Positions 1 through 10,758 of a stretch of 64,000 nucleotides of DNA are shown here, piece after piece. Made by a program: the position numbers and the translations under genes. The notes beneath the pieces are model-generated. The model was given only the letters and a program-made list of their open reading frames with translations. It was not told the DNA's origin and ran no database searches. The stretch's first letter is position 1, and each line of letters opens with the position of its first letter. The stretch spans positions 1-64,000 of the forward strand of contig JBBSVN010000003.1 of the NCBI GenBank assembly GCA_038046765.1, given 5' to 3'. Source of the stretch: Candidatus Micrarchaeota archaeon. Lineage in GTDB: Archaea > Micrarchaeota > Micrarchaeia > Anstonellales > Bilamarchaeaceae.

Positions 1-175
1 CGCCGCGGTAAAACCAGCGCCTCGAGTGGTACCCACGAATATTGGGCCTAAAGCGCCCGTAGCCGGTTTTTAAAGTCTTCTGTGAAATGATGGAGCTTAA
101 CTCTATCGCGTGCAGAAGATACTTCCAAACTTGAGAGCGGGGGAGGGCAGGAGTACTCCCGGGGTAGGGGTAAAA

Positions 176-216
176 TAGTTTTTAGTTCCCAAAATTGGGT
201 TCTATAACTTTTATTA
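176..216 (+). other. 41-nt hairpin intron in 16S rRNA (690-loop region)
   Basis: Removal restores GGGGTAAAATCCG. AT-rich hairpin; BHB helix GTAA(170-173)/TTAT(211-214) with 3-nt bulges. Confidence 0.85.
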
Positions 217-291
217 TCCGCTGAGCCTGGGAGGACTACCAGTGGCGAAGGCGCCTGTCCAAAACGCGTCTGACGGTGAGGGGCGAAAGCG

Positions 292-327
<36 letters not shown>

Positions 328-432
328 CGCTGTAAATGATGCTGACTTCGGTGTTACCCAGGAGTAATCCTGGGTATTGCTGTAGGGTAGCTGTTAAGTT
401 AGCCGCCTGGGGAGTACGATCGCAAGATTGAA

Positions 433-482
433 AAGCTTTTGATAACGAATATACTCTAAAAATTATCAAGAGTCATCAATAC
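433..482 (+). other. 50-nt hairpin intron in 16S rRNA (about E. coli 908)
   Basis: Removal restores TGAAACTTAAAGG. Canonical BHB ATTG(427-430)/CAAT(477-480) with 3-nt bulges; inner stem GCTTTTGATAA/TTATCAAGAGT. Confidence 0.92.
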
Positions 483-521
<39 letters not shown>

Positions 522-651
522 TGCTACGGTTCAATTGGATACAACACCGGGAACATCACCATTGGCGACGGCAGTATGAAAGCCAGACTAAAGATCTTGC
601 TTAACGAGCCGAGAGGTATTGCATGGCCATCGTCAGCTCGTGGTGTGAATT

Positions 652-683
<32 letters not shown>

Positions 684-1404
684 TGCCTTTAGTTACTAAC
701 TTCATCTGCGGATGAGGTGTACTCTAAAGGGACTGCCCGTGCTAAATGGGAGGAAGGAGTGGTCGACGGTAGGTCAGTATGGTCCGAAACCGATGGGCTA
801 CACGCGGCATACAGTGGATAAGACAACGGGCTGCGACTCCGAAAGGAGAAGCTAATCCTCTAAACTTATTCGTGGTCTGGATCGAGGGTTGCAACTCACC
901 CTCGTGAAAATGGAATCCCTAGTAATCGCGGGTCATCAACCCGCGGTGAATGTGTCCCCGCTCCTTGCACACACCGCCCGTCAAGTCATCCAAATATCTT
1001 TTCGATGAGACTTAGGTTATTGCCTAGTTCGAATCGAAAGGGTGTGAGGAGGGCTAAGTCGTAACAAGGTATCCGTAGGGGAACCTGCGGATAGATCACC
1101 TCATAAAAATTTTATAATCATTGTGTGCAAAAAGCGCGAAATTCATAAAAAAAGATCGCGTGAAGAATACGCTAATTCATTATACATTTAATTTCCGTCA
1201 GTAAAACTTGAAGTGTAAGAAAATAACTTTTCTTATTTTATTATTTAATAATTAATTAATTTTTAATTTTATTTATTTAATTTTAGGATTAGCGATAGCT
1301 AGGTTTAACTATTTAATTTTTAAAAAATTATCTTTTAGAACTAGTTTTTAATTTTCGTCTTTCTTTTATTTGATTTCTTGCCGACTCTTAAACTCAGTAA
1401 AAAA

Positions 1405-2067
1405 TTATCGTATTATCTTTAACTTAGGTGCTCCTCTAACTGTTGGTATTAGTTCTTTTTCTTCCTGCTTAGGCACATCTAAATGATCTAATTGGTGCAC
1501 ACTTCTTTGTCCAAGATTATTCGCTACTGTTATCCTGTCCGCAACAAATTGTATGTGTGCATTGTTTAATTTAAATTGTAGTTTTCTTACTTCTGGATCG
1601 TTTAAATCTAACGGAAGTCCGATGTGAACTATTTCATCGATCGTTGGAAAAGGCTTAGATGCAAGTTCTTCTGCTTGCCGTAAATCACTTCTTGGCATTG
1701 CTTTTCTAAAATATAAACTGCTAGTTATTTCTCTAATCTCTTCTGGAAATCCTTTCAATCTCTCCGAAGTCTCTTCGTCTCCAAGTGAAATCAATCTTGG
1801 AAAAATTCGAAGCTCTGGTTGCACCTCTAAAAGAGCTACTGCTGCTTGGTAATCTACTGGTTCGAATATGCCTAATTGAATTCCTAATGGTACAAGCAAA
1901 TTGTCTTTTAGTGTATCCCTAATATAGTACTTCCTATCTTCAAGTGGAAATGTTCTTGAGAAAGGACTGAATATAACTCGTTCTGGTCTTACTTTAACGT
2001 AGTCTCCAATTAAACCTGTAAAAATTTGGCCTCTTGCTTTTAAATTATGAATAAAGCTATTTTTCAT
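1405..2067 (-). CDS. hypothetical protein (orphan)
   Basis: 220-aa ORF with upstream TATA-like TTTAAATA; no recognised motif. Confidence 0.75.
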   Translation of the reverse strand: MKNSFIHNLKARGQIFTGLIGDYVKVRPERVIFSPFSRTFPLEDRKYYIRDTLKDNLLVPLGIQLGIFEPVDYQAAVALLEVQPELRIFPRLISLGDEETSERLKGFPEEIREITSSLYFRKAMPRSDLRQAEELASKPFPTIDEIVHIGLPLDLNDPEVRKLQFKLNNAHIQFVADRITVANNLGQRSVHQLDHLDVPKQEEKELIPTVRGAPKLKIIR

Positions 2068-2119
2068 GTTACCACAAATATATAATTATAGCAACATTAT
2101 TTAAACATTGCTTTTATTT

Positions 2120-2911
2120 TTATTCTTTAACCCCCACCAATACATACTTGTGAGTAAAAACTGGATTTAACATATCTGTAGAAACATCGTGTGGGTATAT
2201 GTTCCTTTCTTTTACCATTATCTTGTATCTATTTTTTAGTAAGTCTTCTAATTGATCTAGTTCTTCCTCTAGGTGGGTCGTTGAAATAATCAAACCACCG
2301 GGTTTATGTACAGAATATGCAGAATCAAATATGCCTTGCCAAACTAAATAATTATGCCACACTTCCGGATGCGATGCAACAACAACGTCAAATGGTTCCT
2401 TCGTTATATCTGCTACTAGTCTTGCGTCCATGCAAAAAAATTGATAATTTGGCTTTGGGATGTACTCGTAAGTAGAAAAATCTAAGGTAACATTATCTTT
2501 TATTGCGGATTCAATAGATTCTTTATCTAAATCTATCCCAGTGAATTCTACTTCAGAACTATCTGCGCCACCTGGTTTTTTTCCAAAATGTCCACTTAGT
2601 ACAAGTGCTTCGTAAGAAATCCCGCAACCAACACTTAGAATTTTTGGTTTTTCTCCAACTGGCAACTCCTCAAGAGGAACATACGTTTCTAGCATTTTTT
2701 GATAAAGTTTTCTTCCTTCGCCAACCTTCCGTGCTTTCTCTCGTAGTTCCTTTAATTTTGGGTATATACTTAGATCATCGTACGCGGTCTTTTGAAATTC
2801 GTAGGATAAATCTATTTTCAATCGAGGTTGAGTTTTGAGCCTATTATAAAGCGTTATACACATATTACTCAGAGAAGGTTTATAAATACTCTTTTTAGCA
2901 TTTTTAATCAC
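2120..2911 (-). CDS. class I SAM-dependent methyltransferase
   Basis: ILSVGCG motif I, GIDLD, FDVV, KPGG. Confidence 0.85.
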   Translation of the reverse strand: MIKNAKKSIYKPSLSNMCITLYNRLKTQPRLKIDLSYEFQKTAYDDLSIYPKLKELREKARKVGEGRKLYQKMLETYVPLEELPVGEKPKILSVGCGISYEALVLSGHFGKKPGGADSSEVEFTGIDLDKESIESAIKDNVTLDFSTYEYIPKPNYQFFCMDARLVADITKEPFDVVVASHPEVWHNYLVWQGIFDSAYSVHKPGGLIISTTHLEEELDQLEDLLKNRYKIMVKERNIYPHDVSTDMLNPVFTHKYVLVGVKE

Positions 2912-3705
2912 TATATCTCCGGTGCAACCCGCATCGCCCGAACTAAATGCTTAGCCGCTTCCTTAAGATTAAGTTCTCCGCCCTTTACGTAAAAGCCCCG
3001 TCTTCTAGCAATTGCAGAAACTACATCGTGATAATAATTAGCTTTACTTAAGTCAATGTCATATTTTTTCTCGAGCCATCTTCGAAGGATGTGGCTTTTT
3101 AGAATCTTTTCAGCGAATTTAACTGCATAATCATCTACTTCTTTAGTTTCGCTAACGTTTAACGCGCCTTTAATTGCTAAATTTAATTTTTCTTCCTTAT
3201 CTCTATGAATGCCTCGATAATCGCTAATAATTAAATCTGGTTGGACTTTTATCCATTGGATATTTCGAGTTGTCCCAGCAACTGGAGAAACTCTAGCTGG
3301 GCTTCTTTTTGATAAGAAATTTACTAGAGAACTTTTTCCTACATTAGGGTATCCAATTAAAAGTGCTTTAGCTGGTCTGTTCTCTGTTTTTGATAAAATC
3401 AGTTCGATTAAACTTATTCGGTCTCCACCGGTTGCTCTTGTTGCACTAAAATAAATTCCTTTATTTTCTAGTTTAATTCTTGGAGCGTTTTGTGCTAATA
3501 GATCTTCTTTGTTTGCAATAACAAGTAATTTTTTACTACCTGATATTTTTTCAATAATTGGTAATTTTGTTCCTGCAATGTCTCTAGCATCTACTATTTC
3601 CATGACTACGTCTACTCCCCGAATCATGTCTTTAAGCATTTTCCACTTTGGGGGTAAGTAGTTTTTACTATTTACATCTATTTCATATCCTCTTGCGTTT
3701 TTCAC
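2911..3705 (-). CDS. circularly permuted ribosome-biogenesis GTPase (RbgA/YlqF family)
   Basis: DARD, NKED, GYPNVGKSS, GTTR in permuted order. Start placed at GTG 3705 (track extends to 3762). Confidence 0.88.
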   Translation of the reverse strand: MKNARGYEIDVNSKNYLPPKWKMLKDMIRGVDVVMEIVDARDIAGTKLPIIEKISGSKKLLVIANKEDLLAQNAPRIKLENKGIYFSATRATGGDRISLIELILSKTENRPAKALLIGYPNVGKSSLVNFLSKRSPARVSPVAGTTRNIQWIKVQPDLIISDYRGIHRDKEEKLNLAIKGALNVSETKEVDDYAVKFAEKILKSHILRRWLEKKYDIDLSKANYYHDVVSAIARRRGFYVKGGELNLKEAAKHLVRAMRVAPEI

Positions 3706-4038
3706 GTATATACTAGCTACGGCAGTATATAAAATGCTTCTGATGAATCTGTGTATAAACAAAACAACTCTTTGAATATTTTCTACAACTTTTTAGCAAT
3801 ATTTTTACATGTTTTTTACCGCTTTTTTATAAAATGTTTTCTCCCGAGAAAATTATTTGCGCCCTTTTTTACCTGTAAACAACAACTGATCATATACTAC
3901 TAATAGTATTAAGTTCCTATTTAATCAACTACTAATACACATTTTCATTTCAAGAACCTTTTTATATATTTTCGCATTAGTTACTGCTGCACAAAAACAA
4001 AAAGAGAAAAACGCGTTTGTAAACGCGGGCGGTTAAAG

Positions 4039-4305
4039 GTGAATCCTATGGTAAAAAAATATGTATTATTTACAACTCCAACATGCGTAGCATGTCCACC
4101 AGTTAAAAAATATTTAGCTGAACTAGAAACAAAAGGAATGCTTAGTGGACAAAATTACAATGTGGCTAGTGATGAAGGCTATGAGCAAGCAGTAACATGC
4201 AATGTGACAAGGTCACCAACAGTAATCTTCTTTGATCAAAACAATCGAGAAGTAGCTCGGGCAAACAACGTAAGCGAAATCAAAAGCATAATATACGATT
4301 ATTAA
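4039..4305 (+). CDS. thioredoxin/glutaredoxin-like redoxin, probable RNR reductant
   Basis: CVAC motif, SPT cis-Pro region, directly upstream of RNR. Confidence 0.85.
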   Translation: MNPMVKKYVLFTTPTCVACPPVKKYLAELETKGMLSGQNYNVASDEGYEQAVTCNVTRSPTVIFFDQNNREVARANNVSEIKSIIYDY

Positions 4306-4321
4306 TTTAGGGGTAAAACAG

Positions 4322-7300
4322 ATGACAGAAAACCTTATTGACAAGATAAAATTGGCTGGAATGGTTAGTACACTTAGGGTAAATGGTGGAGGGTTAATCG
4401 TACAAAGAGTTTTTACAAAAGATAATATCGATCCGTATTCTACTGTTGAATACGAACTTAGGTCATCTACAATTAGAAACCCCGACGGAAGTGTTGTTTT
4501 CGATTTAAAAAATGTTGAAGTTCCAAAATTCTGGACGCAGGTTGCGACAGATATTCTAGCTCAAAAATATTTTAGAAAAGCAGGAGTACCTCAATTTAAT
4601 CCTGATGGTTCTGTTAAAATAGATGAAAGCGGAAAAATCTTAACGGGTAGTGAAACCAGCGTAAAACAAGTCGTCAAAAGAATGGCTCATTGCTGGAGAT
4701 ACTGGGGAGAAAAATACGGTTACTTTTCTTCACCAATTGATGCGCAGGTATTTGAAGATGAAATCGCGTACATGCTACTTCATCAGATGGCCGCACCAAA
4801 TTCGCCACAATGGTTCAATACTGGACTAGCTTTACAATATAATATTACTGGTACTTCACAAGGGCACTCTTATGTTGACCCATTAAGCGGGCAATTAATG
4901 ACTTCCACAGATGCATACACACATCCACAAGGCCATGCTTGCTTTATTCAATCTTTAAACGATGATTTAGTTAATGAAGGAGGAATATTTGACTTAGTAG
5001 TTCGGGAAGCAAGAGTATTTAAGTACGGAAGCGGAACTGGGTCAAATTTTTCCATGCTAAGAGGCAAATCAGAAAAACTAAGCGGTGGCGGAAGCAGTTC
5101 TGGATTAATGAGCTTCTTAAAAATATTCGATCGGGCTGCTGGCGCAATAAAATCTGGTGGAACCACTCGTCGTGCCGCTAAGATGGTAATTGTAAACGCT
5201 GACCATCCGGAAATCGAAGATTTTATTATGTGGAAAGTTGAAGAAGAATCAAAAGTTGCAGATTTGTACACAGGAAGCAGGTTAAATAGTACGCACTTAA
5301 ATAAAATTATTTCAATTGCAGCGAAAAATAATACAACGGATTGGAGGTCTAATGTCGAACTTAAAAAATCAATAGTTATGGCACTAGCAAATAATGTTCC
5401 ATACTCTTATGTTATGCGTGCTTTACAATTATTCGAACAAGGTAAAACTGAATTTGACCTTGATGTTTTTGATACTCACTATGAAGGAGATGCATACAAT
5501 ACCGTAAGCGGACAAAACAGCAATAATACTGTTCGAATTACTAATTCATTTATGGATAAAGTAAATTCAGATGCTTATTGGGATTTAACTGCCAGGACAA
5601 ACGGAAAAGTAATGAAATCGCTTAAAGCAAGAGAATTATTTGATAAAATTGCTTATGCAGCTTGGGCATGCGCTGACCCTGGTTTACAATTTGACGATAC
5701 TATTCAAGAATGGCACACATGCGCAAGCGATGGTAAAATTAATGCAACAAATCCATGCAGCGAATACGTATTTTTAGATGATACTGCCTGCAATTTAGCA
5801 AGCATCAATTTAATGAAATTTTTAAATGATGAAAAAGGAGAATTAGAAGTTGATAAATTTTTACATGCAACGCGGCTTTGGACAATCGTATTAGAAATAA
5901 CTGTATTAATGGCACAATTCCCAAGTAAGGAAATTGCGATGAAAAGTTATGATTACCGGACCCTTGGTTTAGGGTATGCGAATCTTGGTACTCTATTGAT
6001 GGTTTTAGGAATTCCTTATGATAGCGATAAAGGAAGAGCAATTGCTGGAGCAATAACTGCGATAATGTGCGGTGAAAGTTATGCAACAAGCGCTGAAATG
6101 GCAAAATACTTTGGTCCATTTAAGGCATATGAAAGAAACAGCAAACACATGCTTAAGGTAATTCGAAATCATAGATTAGCCTCTTATAATGCACCTGTTT
6201 CAGCATACGAAGGACTATCTGTTACCCCTATGGGAATTGATCCAAAATTCTGCCCAGAATATTTAATTAAGTCTGCTCGAGAATCCTGGGACAAAGCTTT
6301 AGTTGAAGGAGAAAGGCATGGGTTTAGGAATGCTCAAGTTACAGTTATCGCTCCAACTGGAACAATCGGTCTAGTTATGGATTGCGACACTACTGGTGTT
6401 GAACCTGATTTTGCAATTGTCAAATTCAAAAAATTAGCTGGAGGCGGATACTTTAAAATTGTAAATCAAAGTGTCAAGAGAGCATTAACTAAACTAAGCT
6501 ATACTGACGCGCAAATAAAAGAAATCGAAGATTATTGCAGAGGACATGGTACTTTACTAGGTTGTCCACACATTAATTTCGAATCTCTTCGAGCTAAAGG
6601 TTTTACTGATGATAAATTGCAGTTAGTTGAAAAACAAATGCTAGGTGCGTTCGACTTATCTTTTGTGTTTAACAAATTTACGCTTGGTGAAGATTTTTGT
6701 GTACAAAAGCTTAATCTTACAATTGCACAGTTAAATGATCCAAAATTAAATGTTCTTGAATCTTTAGGTTTCACACAAGACCAAATAAAAGACGCAAACG
6801 ATTTTGTTTGCGGAACTATGACTATTGAAAATGCACCTCACTTAAAAGAAGAGAATTATGCAATTTTCGATTGCGCAAATAAATGCGGAAAATATGGTAA
6901 GCGTTACATCCACTATGATGCACACTTAAAAATGATGGCAGTTGTCCAGCCATTTATATCTGGTTCAATAAGTAAAACGATAAACATGCCTCATGAAGCA
7001 TCTATTGAAGAAGTAAAAGTTGCATACATGAAAAGTTGGAAACACATGCTTAAAGCAATTGCACTTTATCGGGATGGAAGTAAACTTTCACAACCATTAA
7101 ACAGCGTAGCTAAAGAAGCAAATGAACTTCTTGCATTAGTGGGGTCAGAAGAAGATCAAATTAATGAACAAGTTGATGCAAAACAATTGCATGAGGAAAT
7201 ACTTGTTAGAGGTCAAAGAAGAAAGCTCCCAACAAAAAGAGAAGGTTTTGTTCAGGAAGCAAGGATTGCAGGACATAAAATGCATCTTCGAACTGGTGAA

Positions 7301-7861
7301 TATCCAGATGGCGAATTAGGAGAAATATTTATTGATATGTACAAGGAAGGGGCAGGATACAGGTCTATACTAAACTGCTTTGCAATCGCTGTTAGTAAAG
7401 GTTTACAATATGGTGTACCTCTTGAAGAATTTGTTGAAACATTTGCTTTTACCAGATTCGAACCAAGTGGTGCAGTAATGGGAGATGAAAAAATCACAAA
7501 CGCAACAAGTATGCTCGATTATGTGTTTAGAGTACTTGAACGCGATTATTTAGAAGGCGGAAGGAAGAAGGACACTTCTGTTAGTGAGCAGGTGCTAAAA
7601 CCGACTCATAGTGTAAAAGCAGTGGAAGCTCATGCTTCAAGTACACATGTCTTAAGTACTGCTATGCCTAAACTAGGAGAATCAAAAAGTACGGGCACGT
7701 CAACATCAATTCCGATGTCTTCAATTATTGTTGCAGTAGATAATGCTAAACTTCAAGGTTATACTGGAGAATCATGCGGCAGATGTTCTAGTATGAAAGT
7801 AAAAAGAAATGGAGCTTGCAGTGTATGCGTTGATTGTGGAGAAACGACGGGATGTAGCTAA
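4322..7861 (+). CDS. nrdJ: class II (adenosylcobalamin-dependent) ribonucleotide reductase
   Basis: [38 protein letters not shown]-terminal Cys cluster ending TTGCS. Confidence 0.96.
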   Translation: MTENLIDKIKLAGMVSTLRVNGGGLIVQRVFTKDNIDPYSTVEYELRSSTIRNPDGSVVFDLKNVEVPKFWTQVATDILAQKYFRKAGVPQFNPDGSVKIDESGKILTGSETSVKQVVKRMAHCWRYWGEKYGYFSSPIDAQVFEDEIAYMLLHQMAAPNSPQWFNTGLALQYNITGTSQGHSYVDPLSGQLMTSTDAYTHPQGHACFIQSLNDDLVNEGGIFDLVVREARVFKYGSGTGSNFSMLRGKSEKLSGGGSSSGLMSFLKIFDRAAGAIKSGGTTRRAAKMVIVNADHPEIEDFIMWKVEEESKVADLYTGSRLNSTHLNKIISIAAKNNTTDWRSNVELKKSIVMALANNVPYSYVMRALQLFEQGKTEFDLDVFDTHYEGDAYNTVSGQNSNNTVRITNSFMDKVNSDAYWDLTARTNGKVMKSLKARELFDKIAYAAWACADPGLQFDDTIQEWHTCASDGKINATNPCSEYVFLDDTACNLASINLMKFLNDEKGELEVDKFLHATRLWTIVLEITVLMAQFPSKEIAMKSYDYRTLGLGYANLGTLLMVLGIPYDSDKGRAIAGAITAIMCGESYATSAEMAKYFGPFKAYERNSKHMLKVIRNHRLASYNAPVSAYEGLSVTPMGIDPKFCPEYLIKSARESWDKALVEGERHGFRNAQVTVIAPTGTIGLVMDCDTTGVEPDFAIVKFKKLAGGGYFKIVNQSVKRALTKLSYTDAQIKEIEDYCRGHGTLLGCPHINFESLRAKGFTDDKLQLVEKQMLGAFDLSFVFNKFTLGEDFCVQKLNLTIAQLNDPKLNVLESLGFTQDQIKDANDFVCGTMTIENAPHLKEENYAIFDCANKCGKYGKRYIHYDAHLKMMAVVQPFISGSISKTINMPHEASIEEVKVAYMKSWKHMLKAIALYRDGSKLSQPLNSVAKEANELLALVGSEEDQINEQVDAKQLHEEILVRGQRRKLPTKREGFVQEARIAGHKMHLRTGEYPDGELGEIFIDMYKEGAGYRSILNCFAIAVSKGLQYGVPLEEFVETFAFTRFEPSGAVMGDEKITNATSMLDYVFRVLERDYLEGGRKKDTSVSEQVLKPTHSVKAVEAHASSTHVLSTAMPKLGESKSTGTSTSIPMSSIIVAVDNAKLQGYTGESCGRCSSMKVKRNGACSVCVDCGETTGCS

Positions 7862-7900
7862 AGCGTGTCTTACTTCTCTTTAAAATTCTGTAAAAACACA

Positions 7901-8614
7901 CTATCTGATGGTTTTAGGATCCGTCTTAGGGAGATTGTCGCAATCCAAAGTTTTAAAGTTATTTTTACCACTTGGGGAGGTTAATTCAATTTCATAATCC
8001 TTTCCAGTAGATTTAATTTTCACCTTAATATTTGGACCAAAACTATCGACATTAAATTTACCCATAAATCTGCTTACTAACTGTCCGTCCTTAATGCATT
8101 CAACATTTTGTTCCACAAACTTTCTGTCTAAACATCTCATGTTTCTTTGTCCATCTTCAGTTTGACAATAAATCTGGTTGATTTTTTCTTGTTCTTTTTG
8201 TTCGTACTCATCCTCTTTTTTATCTATATATTCACAATCCCATACGCTTGTTTTGGTTACTTTGCCACTATCTGATTTAAGTTCTAAATCTCTTCTTTTT
8301 ACACCTTTATCGAAAGTTATTCCTCGAACGGTTAATTTCATAAATTTCGAAAATGCTTGTCTATTTATATATTGAAAATCTCTATACGATCCATCCTGGT
8401 TTGCACATCTAATCCTGCTTTCTGCTAATGGTACAGTATCTTGACAAACTAAAACCGTGCCTTGGCCCATCTTTTCACACCATTTGTCTGGATCGTTAAA
8501 CTGTTTTTGTAAATAGTCATTCTTTGGTTTTTTGCATCCAAAAATTAAAGTAGCAGCAATTGCAGTTGTAACTACTAGTTTTGTAATTCTTTGAAATGAT
8601 AATAATCTAGACAA
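7901..8614 (-). CDS. putative Cys-rich lipoprotein (orphan)
   Basis: Hydrophobic N-terminus with lipobox-like IFGC; GGTGA RBS before TTG. Confidence 0.7.
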   Translation of the reverse strand: MSRLLSFQRITKLVVTTAIAATLIFGCKKPKNDYLQKQFNDPDKWCEKMGQGTVLVCQDTVPLAESRIRCANQDGSYRDFQYINRQAFSKFMKLTVRGITFDKGVKRRDLELKSDSGKVTKTSVWDCEYIDKKEDEYEQKEQEKINQIYCQTEDGQRNMRCLDRKFVEQNVECIKDGQLVSRFMGKFNVDSFGPNIKVKIKSTGKDYEIELTSPSGKNNFKTLDCDNLPKTDPKTIR

Positions 8615-8751
8615 AATCTCACCATTTATATTTAGTCATTTAATCTTTAAATATCTATCTCTTTTAACCAGAACTAGCGACTTTTGCATAAAATAAGTGT
8701 TAATTTATAGAAAAATATATATTTATAAATATTTTTATTCACATTTAGCTA

Positions 8752-9321
8752 ATGGATAGTATAAGAAGAAGACATACTCATAGAACTCCAAGGCCTAATA
8801 CTACTGTTGTCGAAGAAAGTTCGGGTCCCAAATCACTTGCAGTTTTTTGGAGGATAATGCCATTAAAATCAGACCCAATTACATTAAGCAAAACAGGTAT
8901 AGTTGGAAAATTAGAATTTGGATTTCATATAGAACATAATAACTTGGACTCCATCTGGCGATTCTATCTAAGATTGGAAAGTACAATTAAGTCGGTTAGG
9001 GCTGCAAAAAGAAGATTAATTTTTTCTATAAAGGATGCAGTAATTCTATCGCTTTCTAAAATAGCTGAAATTGATTTTATTCATTCTGATTATCGTAAGT
9101 CATATCATTATCTCGATTTAGATCTTGCTGCTAGAACCTCTCCTTTAGTTTTTTTCAATGTATTAACTATACTAGCTAAAATAAAGCAACAAACTAGAAA
9201 ATATAACGGCCAAGAGCTTTTAGCTTCGAATCATGATGGTGTTAACTCTCCCCCAAATCAGGGGATGGTTTATCTAAGCTCCGAAGAACTTGGACTTATT
9301 TCTGCCAATGATCAAATATAA
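8752..9321 (+). CDS. hypothetical protein (orphan)
   Basis: 189-aa ORF with upstream TTTATAAA; Arg-rich N-terminus. Confidence 0.7.
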   Translation: MDSIRRRHTHRTPRPNTTVVEESSGPKSLAVFWRIMPLKSDPITLSKTGIVGKLEFGFHIEHNNLDSIWRFYLRLESTIKSVRAAKRRLIFSIKDAVILSLSKIAEIDFIHSDYRKSYHYLDLDLAARTSPLVFFNVLTILAKIKQQTRKYNGQELLASNHDGVNSPPNQGMVYLSSEELGLISANDQI

Positions 9322-9355
9322 AAAAATAAAAAACAAAAAAAAAGAAAAAAAGAAT

Positions 9356-10186
9356 TTATTGTATCTGGTATTGCGTACTAACAGTTGCGCTAACTTCTAT
9401 TTCTCCACTAGATAGTTGTGTCGGTATGCTTGAATCCTCCTTCATCATCGCTAATCCGCTATAACCATAATTTCTTGGTGCGTAATTAAATGTTGAAGTT
9501 TCGCTTCCCATAATCGCTTTTCCTAAAGAAACACCAAGTCCATCAGCAATGTTTTGTGCCTTTAATTTCGAACTCATGGCTGCTTTTTTAAGAAGTGCGC
9601 TTTCAAGCTCTCTTCGAGTCTGTTCTTGTAATGTAAAACTAATACCATCCACAAAAGTCTCATTTACGCCTACACTACTTCCGCTATCGATTACGTTGCC
9701 GCCTAATTTAAGGTCAGTTAGTTCAATTGAAATTGTTTGAATTGTCTGATACCCTGCCAGATAAGATTGATAATAACTCGAAGTGTAACATTTAACATCT
9801 CCAGACTCGCATGGTTTTTGTTTATACACCGGTACAACCTGATAAGACGTTGTCTTAATGCTCTTTTCTGGAACGCCTATTGAAAGCATTTTTGTTTTAA
9901 AGTTACTCACTAAAGCCGCGTTATCTGATTGCGAAGTTTTAGCATCTTTTGATTCTGTTTGTATCCTAAATGCAATTACTAATAAGTCTGGACTAACTTT
10001 CTCTGTTGCAGTTCCAGAAACCGAAATTTTGTTTAACTGCTGTGCATTATCTGAGTTTAAATAAATATTTGGAGCGGATTTAGAAAGTAAATATGCGCCG
10101 CCTAATATTGCGATTGCAATGATTATCGCGATTATTATTCCTTTTGAGCCGTTACCATAAACGATTGGATTGTCTTCTGTTGCCAT
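9356..10186 (-). CDS. SIMPL (DUF541) domain membrane-anchored protein
   Basis: N-terminal TM; ISVSGTA..VSPD, IADGLGVSLG, GEIEVSATV pattern. Confidence 0.88.
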   Translation of the reverse strand: MATEDNPIVYGNGSKGIIIAIIIAIAILGGAYLLSKSAPNIYLNSDNAQQLNKISVSGTATEKVSPDLLVIAFRIQTESKDAKTSQSDNAALVSNFKTKMLSIGVPEKSIKTTSYQVVPVYKQKPCESGDVKCYTSSYYQSYLAGYQTIQTISIELTDLKLGGNVIDSGSSVGVNETFVDGISFTLQEQTRRELESALLKKAAMSSKLKAQNIADGLGVSLGKAIMGSETSTFNYAPRNYGYSGLAMMKEDSSIPTQLSSGEIEVSATVSTQYQIQ

Positions 10187-10268
10187 TTTATCACCAAGTT
10201 AGCTACAGCTAAGGATTAATAAAAGACTTTTGGTTTAGTTCGGAATCTGCCTAAAAGCAGTAAATTTA

Positions 10269-10550
10269 CTAATCGACTAATTTTGGTCCGATAAATTTCT
10301 TATTCTTTACAAACTTTGCATTAGAAAAAGAATCAAAATGTTTTTGTTCCCAGATATCATCTCTTAACTCTCTGCTTTGCCGGATTACATTTACCGTTGG
10401 TTCAACGTTTGTTACATCGATCTCGTCCATTTTATTAAATGCAGTTAATATTTCTTCCAGTTGCGGTACTAATATTCGTACTTCTTCTGTAGTTAGTCTT
10501 ATTTTTGCATTTGCCGCTGCCTTTAGTAATGCTTCTTTATGATCCGTCAT
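10269..10550 (-). CDS. gatC: Asp/Glu-tRNA amidotransferase subunit C
   Basis: AKIRLTTEE...LEEIL...IDVTNVEPT...LRDD...FIGPK. Confidence 0.85.
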   Translation of the reverse strand: MTDHKEALLKAAANAKIRLTTEEVRILVPQLEEILTAFNKMDEIDVTNVEPTVNVIRQSRELRDDIWEQKHFDSFSNAKFVKNKKFIGPKLVD

Positions 10551-10561
10551 TTTTTCACTTT

Positions 10562-10708
10562 TTACTCTTTTTTATCTAGACCCTCTTTTACTTTATAAGC
10601 TCCTCCACTTATTGCAGCTATACATAAAGGACATGGCCCAAGAAATGCTGCTTCAGCTAATGCTGCGCCTATTAATGCAACACCTGCTGCTATGTCGTTT
10701 TTATTCAT
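10562..10708 (-). CDS. 48-aa small membrane protein with CPLC motif (not in ORF track)
   Basis: Manual translation MNKNDIAAGVALIGAALAEAAFLGPCPLCIAAISGGAYKVKEGLDKKE; ends 11 nt before the gatC ATG. Confidence 0.7.
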   Translation of the reverse strand: MNKNDIAAGVALIGAALAEAAFLGPCPLCIAAISGGAYKVKEGLDKKE

Positions 10709-10758
10709 AAAAAAATATGTCTATTAACTTTTAATAATCTACGGTTTTTAATAAATCT

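Noticed and set aside
3893..3909. NrdR-box-like palindrome upstream of the RNR operon
   Set aside because: Weak match in AT-rich DNA, with no clear tandem second box.
4322..7861. Intein in NrdJ
   Set aside because: No C/S...HN-C/S/T splice junctions; the length is explained by insertions typical of long class II RNRs.
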